IMG/VR virus record: IMGVR_UViG_3300020411_003822
DNA length: 20,000 bases
Origin: an uncultured virus (IMG/VR IMGVR_UViG_3300020411_003822)
Lineage: Duplodnaviria > Heunggongvirae > Uroviricota > Caudoviricetes
Reading direction: 5' to 3' (one strand)
Shown: positions 1-7,316 of the stretch, one piece after another
How positions within the stretch are numbered: the stretch's first letter is position 1
How the letters are laid out: each line of letters opens with the position of its first letter
Position numbers and translations under genes: made by a program
The notes under the pieces: model-generated
Database searches by the model: none
What the model was told of the DNA's origin: nothing
What the model saw: only the letters and a program-made list of their open reading frames with translations

Positions 1-1
1 G

Positions 2-139
2 TATGTAGAAGACGAAAATGGAAAACTTGTGAGAAAAAGCACAGGAAAGAGGCTTACAATGGAAGAACATGAAGAAGCGATTATCAATGGTCGCTTTGCA
101 GAAACTGAACACAAGGGGGGCAGGGAGTCATCGTCCTGA
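2..139 (+). CDS. 3' end of hypothetical protein (partial, begins before window)
   Basis: Frame 2 is open from base 2: YVEDENGKLVRKSTGKRLTMEEHEEAIINGRFAETEHKGGRESSS*, TGA at 137-139. It reads through the ACTGAAC motif at 104 as T-E-H. Confidence 0.7.
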   Translation, partial: YVEDENGKLVRKSTGKRLTMEEHEEAIINGRFAETEHKGGRESSS

Positions 140-171
140 GGCATCCCATCCCTACGGATACCCTGCTCCCC
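115..171 (+). other. GC-rich stem-loop between cassette junctions
   Basis: GGGGGGCAGGG (115-125) pairs with CCCTGCTCCCC (161-171), 11 bp with one G-U; inner ATCC-CTAC-GGAT hairpin at 148-159. Confidence 0.6.
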
Positions 172-179
172 ACCTAAAC

Positions 180-701
180 ATGACTGAAACTGAACCAGTT
201 GAGGTAAAAGTTCTACCCTATGAAGGATATGAACTGACGGAATGGGAATTGCGTAGCAATCCCGACAAAAATGGATTGAGAAAGATAGAAGGAATTGATT
301 GCAAGACATCGTGGCCGACAGAAGTTGAAGTCGGACAGCACCTTGTAAGAAATAATCTCACCTTAGAAGAAGTGAAAAAAGTAGAACGAGGACCAATTAC
401 AACATGGATCTTGGGAGAATACATGCACAACGACAAAATTGTACAGTACAATGTCGAGAACCACAACAAACAATGGGTAATCATACTTGAAGAACAAACT
501 GAATTAGTCCAAGCGGAAATCAAACTTCATCTCAAAATGCGAGAAATTGCGCATGAGCATGTGAAGAAAAAAATCGAAGAAGCTGAGGCTAAGGGGGAAC
601 CTTTGTTCAAACCTACACGCTTCCGACACAAGGAAACAGGAGAGATTGTAACTCAAATTAACTTGATGCAGATCAAGAATTACGAGAAACTCGATGACTG
701 A
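180..701 (+). CDS. Hypothetical protein (array unit)
   Basis: ORF track gives 69..701, but ATG 180 follows the degenerate motif CCTAAAC and 69-179 overlaps the upstream gene and hairpin. The stop TGA lies inside the motif at 697. Confidence 0.75.
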   Translation: MTETEPVEVKVLPYEGYELTEWELRSNPDKNGLRKIEGIDCKTSWPTEVEVGQHLVRNNLTLEEVKKVERGPITTWILGEYMHNDKIVQYNVENHNKQWVIILEEQTELVQAEIKLHLKMREIAHEHVKKKIEEAEAKGEPLFKPTRFRHKETGEIVTQINLMQIKNYEKLDD

Positions 702-703
702 AC

Positions 704-994
704 ATGACTGGACAGGAACCAGAACAGGAAAAGGTTGGAGTTTGTGGATACTGCGATTTTGTGCAGGGATACCACCCTCACAACATGTTGCGTATTGACG
801 AGAACCCACGATTAGCATATGACTTTTGCAAGTCGTGCGGAGGGCATCATTTGCAACCAACATCACAATGCAAGGATTTCATACCGAGAAATCCAGATGT
901 GTATGAGGGTTCGATTTGGTTTTGCCAGGGCTGCGGTTCTGGAACTGAGTTCGAAATCACAATGAAAGAGGCCTTGAAAAAAGCAGATTACTGA
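704..994 (+). CDS. Small Cys-rich (zinc-ribbon-like) hypothetical protein (array unit)
   Basis: 96 aa; CGYC, CKSC, CQGC motifs; starts at motif ATG and stops in the next motif's TGA. Confidence 0.8.
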   Translation: MTGQEPEQEKVGVCGYCDFVQGYHPHNMLRIDENPRLAYDFCKSCGGHHLQPTSQCKDFIPRNPDVYEGSIWFCQGCGSGTEFEITMKEALKKADY

Positions 995-996
995 AC

Positions 997-1281
997 ATGG
1001 ACACATATTGCAGTTTATGTGGGGAACCTTTTGACATTGGAGAATTTTCATACATGGAAAGATTCGATGCAGAAGAGGCATCTAAGATATTCCGCCTATA
1101 CGGTTGCGGGATCTTATGGAAAATGGAAATGAATCCAGAATTGTCTTTGGAAGAGGCAAAGGAATTCAAATGTAGCCCAAGAAATGTTGAGATGAAACAC
1201 CTTGCAGATATGGCAGGCGCATTAGGCGACATCATGGGCGATGATATTGACGGATTAGCATCATTGATGGATGGATACTGA
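997..1281 (+). CDS. Small hypothetical protein with N-terminal CxxC (array unit)
   Basis: 94 aa; YCSLCGEPFD; bounded by motifs at both ends. Confidence 0.8.
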   Translation: MDTYCSLCGEPFDIGEFSYMERFDAEEASKIFRLYGCGILWKMEMNPELSLEEAKEFKCSPRNVEMKHLADMAGALGDIMGDDIDGLASLMDGY

Positions 1282-1282
1282 A

Positions 1283-1510
1283 ATGAGCAAAATCAAGGAA
1301 GAAGCGATTGACTTACGATCATCCTTGCACAAAGTAAGGGAAATTTGCAAGCAAAATGCAAAAATGATAAATGAAATCCCAAGCAAATGGACTCGTGCAC
1401 AAAGCGCGAAAGAATTTACGGGATTAGCCGATTACATCGGATGCTTACTCATAAAGGACGATAAGGGAAGAGAAAAGGCATTATTGCGCTGGGCGAAAAA
1501 AAACAAATGA
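1283..1510 (+). CDS. Small basic hypothetical protein (array unit)
   Basis: ORF track 1271..1510; start moved to ATG 1283 in ACTGAA-ATG (MSKIKEE...); stop 2 nt before the next motif. Confidence 0.75.
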   Translation: MSKIKEEAIDLRSSLHKVREICKQNAKMINEIPSKWTRAQSAKEFTGLADYIGCLLIKDDKGREKALLRWAKKNK

Positions 1511-1519
1511 ATACTGAAC

Positions 1520-1972
1520 ATGGCTCACTATTATTGCAAAAGATGCAAAAGACAAATGAAAATATCTTGGCAAGCACCCACTACCAAAATATGTGCAAGG
1601 TGCTGCAGAGAAGAAAGAGAGAGTACAGGAAAACCGATTCCTGGTCCTAAAGGACTGAACATGAAAGAAAAGGCCGATTGGTCCATTTGCGTTGATTGGG
1701 AAGTCGATGAAAATGATTGGATAACAGAGGAAAGAACAGAAAACTTGGCGAAACTATCCGTCTGTTTACTGTTCAACCATCGCTTTCCGAAGTGGATTTG
1801 GAAGGCACTTTGGTATAATCTGCCCTGGAAAGCAGCAGAAGCCACAGAGAAATACATCAAAGAACATTCAGATATTTTGGATGAAAAAGGATGGCCAGAA
1901 GCGAATGAATACATCAAGGAATTGAGAAAAACAATAAAGCAAACTGAACATGAGTTGGCGATGCCGATGTGA
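1520..1972 (+). CDS. Hypothetical protein, apparently an in-frame fusion of two array units (Zn-finger 1520-1660 + unit from ATG 1661)
   Basis: CKRC...CARCC in the first 47 aa; internal ACTGAACATG at 1654 reads G-L-N-M in frame; C-terminus reads through the 1943 motif as T-E-H. Confidence 0.75.
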   Translation: MAHYYCKRCKRQMKISWQAPTTKICARCCREERESTGKPIPGPKGLNMKEKADWSICVDWEVDENDWITEERTENLAKLSVCLLFNHRFPKWIWKALWYNLPWKAAEATEKYIKEHSDILDEKGWPEANEYIKELRKTIKQTEHELAMPM

Positions 1973-2240
1973 TGAAGATGAATTGCCAATCCTACGGGGA
2001 TTGGTAGATGAGATCCTCTGCAAAGCGGAGGAAATGGAACAAAGCACGAACCGCTTTCTAAGAGAGGTTGGTGCAGAATTGAAGAAAACAATTTGGGAAT
2101 CTAACAATGAACCCAAAAACGATGGTTCACCTATCTGGTGGCCGAGACACGAAACGATTAACGGCAACATCTGCTTAATCGAAGAGATTCTTGATGAGAA
2201 CCAAGAACCAATTAAGATGCGTGTTAAACACGAATACTGA
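1950..2240 (+). CDS. Small acidic hypothetical protein (array unit)
   Basis: 96 aa; starts at motif ATG and ends at the TGA in the motif at 2236. Confidence 0.8.
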   Translation: MSWRCRCDEDELPILRGLVDEILCKAEEMEQSTNRFLREVGAELKKTIWESNNEPKNDGSPIWWPRHETINGNICLIEEILDENQEPIKMRVKHEY

Positions 2241-2242
2241 AC

Positions 2243-2647
2243 ATGAGTATCTGCGGACATTGCAATACGGAAATTACATCTGAACCTATGAGCAAAGGTG
2301 TATATGGAGGGGACTGGATTTCCAGTTGCCCTATTTGCGAATGGTGTAGTGAAAGCGAAGAAGATTCGAAGATTAAACAGGGATTAACCCTTGAGGAGCT
2401 TGTCGAACATAAAGCCAAATTGAATAGCGTATATGCGAAATTACACGATCTTGTATTTCGAGCAAGAAGTGCAAAAGGAGCATATAGGCAACATTCGACC
2501 AGCCATACTCCCAACAAATCATTTGTGAACAGAACTATGTCAGAAGAAATAATGGTGGAACTTGGTGAAGCCATGAATCAACTTTTGGACAAAACTGAAC
2601 ACCCTGCTGTGCAAGCGCACGGCAGGGCTATTTTGCGGCCTCGATGA
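2243..2647 (+). CDS. Hypothetical protein with N-terminal zinc ribbon (last array unit)
   Basis: 134 aa; CGHC...CPICEWC; reads through the 2594 motif (T-E-H) into the hairpin region. Confidence 0.75.
   Translation: MSICGHCNTEITSEPMSKGVYGGDWISSCPICEWCSESEEDSKIKQGLTLEELVEHKAKLNSVYAKLHDLVFRARSAKGAYRQHSTSHTPNKSFVNRTMSEEIMVELGEAMNQLLDKTEHPAVQAHGRAILRPR
2602..2634 (+). terminator. Hairpin plus short T-tract closing the array (putative terminator or structural site)
   Basis: CCCTGCTGTGC-AAGC-GCACGGCAGGG (2602-2627; 11 bp, one G-U) followed by CTATTTT; a further T8 at 2663-2670. Confidence 0.5.
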
Positions 2648-2691
2648 AAACGGGGTCGCCTATTTTTTTTGGCCCTCATGAAAACGGGGTC
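2628..2691. repeat. Imperfect tandem direct repeat (2 copies, about 32-34 bp period)
   Basis: Exact ATGAAAACGGGGTC at 2644-2657 and 2678-2691, each preceded by CTATTTT...GGCC(C)TC. Confidence 0.8.
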
Positions 2692-2824
2692 ATTCTATGA
2701 TTCGACCACACTTTCTGCAACTACGAGGGTGGCATCCAGAGTGCCGAGGGCAGGGGTTTTCACATTTACATTCATCGGACATGCTCGCAGAATATCCGCT
2801 CGACTTCATAACGGTGTCGCTACG

Positions 2825-2837
2825 ATTAAACGGATGA
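2825..2837 (+). promoter_or_regulatory. Conserved upstream motif (putative promoter), copy 1
   Basis: ATTAAACGGATGA, 17 nt before ATG 2855. Confidence 0.65.
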
Positions 2838-2854
2838 AGCACTTGCCCTTTACC

Positions 2855-3154
2855 ATGACAACAGTTGGCGGTATGAATTGGAATGAATTTCGCAAGCAGC
2901 ACAAAGGAGAGGACAAAGAGAGAATCTCCGAACTATGGAAACTATACAAAGAAGGAGAATACGACCCCGAAGCTTCAACAAACATCGACCCAAATCACGG
3001 ACACGATCTGGACTACATCGCAGAAGTAGAAGCAGAGATGGCCGAAGAAGCCGAAGAAAATGAAGTCAAGAGAGAACCTGAGCAACAGGAATACTTGAAC
3101 GAGTTAAACAACGAAGAGAAAAGAACCGGTTTGAAATCAATCACTCACTGGTGA
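2855..3154 (+). CDS. Acidic hypothetical protein
   Basis: ORF track 2669..3154; start revised to ATG 2855 (MTTVGGMNWNEFRKQHKG...) from motif spacing and because 2669-2854 is repeat-rich; 3' end overlaps the convergent gene by 14 nt. Confidence 0.7.
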   Translation: MTTVGGMNWNEFRKQHKGEDKERISELWKLYKEGEYDPEASTNIDPNHGHDLDYIAEVEAEMAEEAEENEVKREPEQQEYLNELNNEEKRTGLKSITHW

Positions 3155-6089
3155 AGTTATTTTTCATCGCTTCCATTCTCTCAAGGTAATCCTTGAACTC
3201 ATGGTCTATCCATGTGATCGTGTCATAATTAGCACCATATCTGACTACTGTGCCAGGTTCCAGTTCACTGATTGGTATATCCGGCAATCTTTCATTCATC
3301 AATTTCCGCTCCTCTTTCGTTCTTTTCGGAGCCTTAATCAATTTCTTGTTGTAAACAGACCTTAACTGACTCTCAAACTTCTTCTCTTCTTTGGCAGTGG
3401 GTGCACTTGTGCCCTCAGAGAGATTGTATTCCTCCAATAATGAATCCAATGATTGAATTGCATACTTCCAATCATCGATTAATTCTATGAATGAATCCTG
3501 AGCCAATAACTCTTCCTTCATTTCAGCCCAAACTCGAAGATGTTGTTGTTGCTCAATATCCTCTTTCCTTCCGCCTGCAGAAAGAGTTTCAAGAATAGAA
3601 TCCGCTTCACCAGTCCAAGATTTACCCGTAACCTCAACGGCAAAATCATTCACTGCTGTATAAGCATCTTTCAATTGCGCTTTCAAAGCGAGAAGCTGTT
3701 TAGTCGGTACAGATGCATATTTGCCTTCTCCAGCCTCGCCAAGAGTTCCGTGTTTGTCCACTTGGCCAGCGATCTGACTTGAAAGTGGATGATTCATATC
3801 ATCAATCAATCCCATCGGTGCTGCACTAAGCAAAACTTGTGTCTGTCTCTCATAGGCCTGAGCAAGCACACTTTGGTAATGCCTGGGAACACCGTCAATA
3901 ATCTCAGTTCGAGCACCTTTGGTCGCAGCCCTACCTGTTACGGAAGCAGAACCAGAGCGGGCGTTTGACATGACAATATCACTACACAAGGAATCAGCGA
4001 GTAACAAGTAATGCTTGAAATGAACAGGAACAGTTTTCCCTCCAGAAAGTATCGTTTTCCCATTACCTTGAGCGTTGAACATATTGTGGGCAAGTTGCGC
4101 TCTTGCCGCTTCAATCCCAAGAACAAGTTCAACCTGCCTTGAATCACTTGTTGTTGTACGATTAAAATCAATTTTCAATTTCTGAGTCCCAGTCAAGTCA
4201 TCGTTGTAATCATAATTCGATGCAGTTATGAAATGACCCTTGAAATTATTCATTCGACCATCATTGATGTCTTTGTAAGAAAGCAAAATGTAGTATTCAT
4301 CCATTATTGGATCGTTAATGATTCGACCTCCATGCATAAAGGCAAGCGGATAATCAGAGTTTTGACCTTTACGACTTGCACCTGGATAAGTCAAAAAGGA
4401 AATATCATCAGGATAAATTGTGTATTCTCCATTCACCTTGTAATCAAGACTACCTATGTGCTTCGCAATATCGACTTGACCCATGTGATCTTCTGCTCTG
4501 TAATCAGCAACCATTCCAATTTCCGCTTCTTCGTATTTTCCATCTTCAACATCTTTTGCCTCAATGGTTTGGTCCCATTCCTGATAGGGTTTGCCATAAT
4601 TGAATTGAACCACATTAGCGTTGATATTGTACCATCCGTGATGACAATTTCCACAACGCCTTAATTTCCGACCAAGTTCAGCAATCTCGAAATCATATCT
4701 ATCTGATGTAGACATATCAATTTCAACCAAACCAACCGATTCATCTTGTAGCCTCTCTAATTCTTCATCAGTCAATCCTTCTGGGTTATCCTTGACTCCC
4801 GTAATATCAAAGGAACTACCAGCAGTAGCTTCAGCGAGCAAATTCGAAACAACAGTCGCATCATATTCCGTCTGAGGCCATCTTGAGTCCCATTCTGGAT
4901 CCTCCACCTTTTCAGTACCTTTCCTTCCAGCCTTGTGTACCAATTTAGCAAGAGTAACAGGGTGTTTACAGTTTCCACACACCTCCAAACGCATTAAAAT
5001 CTGCATCAAACTCATTTCAAGACGGAAGGTGAGGTATGGAAAAGTAAGTACAATGCCTGTAATTTTTTCATCACCTATCTCTACCGTCACGCCATTTCGG
5101 TCCGACATCTTACAATTCTTCCAAATAAAGTGAAGCGGATTATCTGCATCCCCTACTGTTCTAAAGGAGCCATCAGATGTTCTCAGTTGCCGCCTAATGA
5201 TGGTCCATAATTGTGCTACATCATTCAAATCGTTCTTCTTCAACTGGTTATACTCGAATGAGTTTCGATCAGACAATGCTAATTCAAGTTCAGATTCAGA
5301 TAAGTTGCTATTCAACATTCTTTCATTCTTCAAGTAAATGAAATATGATTGAGACTTTGCCGCCTCAAGTTGTGCTTTGAAGGCTAAATTCTGCAATCTC
5401 TTATGCTCATCAAGGACAGCCTGGTATTCTGGCAAAGGCTTTCCAGTCACCTCAACCATTTCGTCTAAAACTTCACTGTACTCTTGTTTCGTCTCATAAC
5501 GCTCTTCCTCAGGAAATGACCTAACCTTCTCATACGCCTTTTCAAGCACCCCTGAAAGCATCAATTGAATATGAGCAGGTTCATTCTTTACAATACCGCA
5601 ATGGTCGGACAAAACAGTTCTTTTCAAGCCCTTAGCAAGTTTTTCCGCCTTGTTCTTGTCGAATCTAATCTCCGGAGGTAACGCTAAAGCAACAAGTGCG
5701 TTCTTGTTCGGTGTCTTCCCTACCTCGATATTGAGAAGTTCTAATTCATCCTTGTTTGTAAGCACACCAGCATAGTGGAATGTTCTCATTCCTCCCTGAT
5801 ATGCAGGTTCAGAAATTGAAGTCGCAGCAATTGGGCCAATAGGCGTCATTGGATCTATCCTTGCTTCTAAAACAGATTTCTGTAAACCATCCAACACCTT
5901 CTTCACAAAATCATTGGGAACATCACTCAATTTCCTGTATTTTTCTGTAAGAGGTTCCTTTGTATCGGCATCCACGGCACCCATCTTAGTGGCAACATCA
6001 AGGAGCATCAAGTCATTAACAGCATAATGTGTATTGTCCAGGGAATCCCTCAAAAGATTCTGCCAGTCCAGTACGAGGTCCGCCGCCAT
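3141..6089 (-). CDS. rpo1C: Divergent, enlarged archaeal-type RNA polymerase subunit A'' (Rpo1C) homologue, about 982 aa
   Basis: Collinear A'' motifs: [30 protein letters not shown] (trigger loop; archaeal consensus [22 protein letters not shown]), KTP...[64 protein letters not shown]...QIAGQ. Start set at ATG 6089 by the upstream motif. Confidence 0.88.
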   Translation of the reverse strand: [982 protein letters not shown]

Positions 6090-6105
6090 GAAGTCGCTAA
6101 GCAGT

Positions 6106-6118
6106 TCATCCGTATGAA
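6106..6118 (-). promoter_or_regulatory. Conserved upstream motif, copy 2 (Rpo1C homologue)
   Basis: Minus strand TTCATACGGATGA, 16 nt before ATG 6089. Confidence 0.7.
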
Positions 6119-6135
6119 GAAAGCGACAGTTGAAA

Positions 6136-6801
6136 TTACGATTCAATCATTTCTCGAAGACGCTTAGCCTTGACTGGGCCGCCACAAACCTTCACAAACG
6201 ACTGCCAAGAACCATCCTTCTCAGGGTCTTTCCAAGATTCATATTCTCGTTGTACTTCCTCAGGAACTTCCATTATCATTTCCGCTGGAATATCTGGAGC
6301 GGAACCATTTGATTCAATCACGGGAGTCATGTCCTCCTCGACAGGGATTTGTTCAACCTCTTGCTCTTCCTCTTTCTCTTCATCTTCTCTCGAAGAAATC
6401 TCGTTGAATAATTCAGGATCACTGTATAACACATTAGTGTATGAAGGCTCATCAGATTTGATTCTCTCTTCCATTTCGTCTAATTTCCTGATAACAAGCC
6501 CTGCGAATTGTTGGTTAGCTTGTAGCATAGCCTCCGCATTCAAATGATGCAGTTTCCTCAAATTGTCAATATGTCCTGGAAGCCAAACAGGTTCCGCCAA
6601 AATCTGCTCAAATAGCGACATGCGCTTATCCATAGCATCCAACCTTCTCACGATTGCCTCAAAACCCAACAGTATTTTCTTGGTATCGATTTCCGTAGTT
6701 TCTGTTCCCTGCATGGTATCTTGTGGAACATCAGAGTTTGCATCTTGAGGGATTTCTGGAACAAAGCCAGGTCGAAACGAAGAAGCCCAGTCATCTGACA
6801 T
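6136..6801 (-). CDS. Acidic hypothetical protein with coiled-coil segments
   Basis: ORF track 6136..6807; ATG 6801 (MSDDWASS...) is 17 nt below the motif. Confidence 0.75.
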   Translation of the reverse strand: MSDDWASSFRPGFVPEIPQDANSDVPQDTMQGTETTEIDTKKILLGFEAIVRRLDAMDKRMSLFEQILAEPVWLPGHIDNLRKLHHLNAEAMLQANQQFAGLVIRKLDEMEERIKSDEPSYTNVLYSDPELFNEISSREDEEKEEEQEVEQIPVEEDMTPVIESNGSAPDIPAEMIMEVPEEVQREYESWKDPEKDGSWQSFVKVCGGPVKAKRLREMIES

Positions 6802-6818
6802 GAACAAAGCGATAACTC

Positions 6819-6831
6819 TCAGCCGTTTGAA
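6819..6831 (-). promoter_or_regulatory. Conserved upstream motif, copy 3
   Basis: Minus strand TTCAAACGGCTGA, 17 nt before ATG 6801; its TGA is also the RNase H stop codon. Confidence 0.7.
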
Positions 6832-7316
6832 TGTGTGGGAGAAAGCATACTTGCAATTCTCGCCAGCCGATCTGCATCGGTATTCTCTTCACGGGGCAAA
6901 TATTTGAAATCAATTCGCAGCACATTTGAAGTGAAATTGTTAATCAAGCCATTTCTAAGATACTGTACATAATTGTGCAATTCTTGTAATCGTGGCTCCT
7001 TGACTTTGTATTCACCGTTAATTTGCCTGATAACAAGTTGAGAATCGCTGTAAATGATAACTTCCATTAGACCAACCACATCTAAAGGACCTCTTGTGAC
7101 GGGGCCTCCAAGCCCTGTCTGCAAATACTTCAGCGCACCAATGACTGCATGATACTCTGCCTCATTATTCGTGGACTTAGGGGGGAGAGGTACTAAAAAT
7201 CGAGCAGTGGGCCTCCATTCATTGAGATTCGGGCCAAATGCCTGCTCAACATGTACGCCAGAACCACTGCCTCGACCAACAAAATTAGATCCATCACAAA
7301 AAATCTTCACTTTCAT
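6819..7316 (-). CDS. rnhA: Ribonuclease HI (type 1 RNase H)
   Basis: KIFCDGS, STNNEAEYHAVIGAL, IYSDSQLVIRQINGEYKVK, LPREENTDADRLA: D-E-D-D catalytic set intact. Confidence 0.93.
   Translation of the reverse strand: MKVKIFCDGSNFVGRGSGSGVHVEQAFGPNLNEWRPTARFLVPLPPKSTNNEAEYHAVIGALKYLQTGLGGPVTRGPLDVVGLMEVIIYSDSQLVIRQINGEYKVKEPRLQELHNYVQYLRNGLINNFTSNVLRIDFKYLPREENTDADRLARIASMLSPTHSNG

Larger units (their letters stand above)
104..2601 (+). repeat. Dispersed junction repeat ACTGAACA(TG) delimiting an array of small genes
   Basis: ACTGAACATG at 697, 990, 1513, 1654, 1943, 2236; ACTGAACAC at 104 and 2594; ACTGAAATG at 1277; degenerate CCTAAACATG at 173. Each ATG-bearing copy supplies an ORF start (the 1654 copy an in-frame internal ATG). 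Confidence 0.92.

Noticed and set aside
69..179. N-terminal extension of ORF 69..701
   Set aside because: It overlaps the upstream gene in another frame and the GC hairpin; ATG 180 fits the array pattern.
104..2601. Canonical integron (ACTGAAC resembles the RYYYAAC inverse core)
   Set aside because: No paired GTTRRRY core or attC palindrome at the junctions, the ATG follows directly, and no integrase is in the window.
104..2601. CRISPR array
   Set aside because: The repeat is only 8-10 bp, the intervening units are protein-coding and 141-524 bp, and no cas genes are present.
2669..2854. N-terminal extension of ORF 2669..3154
   Set aside because: TTG start inside a T-tract and repeat region; the promoter motif points to ATG 2855.
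4160..5600. Intein as the explanation for the enlarged Rpo1C
   Set aside because: I saw no convincing intein N-terminal block, C-terminal HN-(C/S/T) junction or LAGLIDADG motif.
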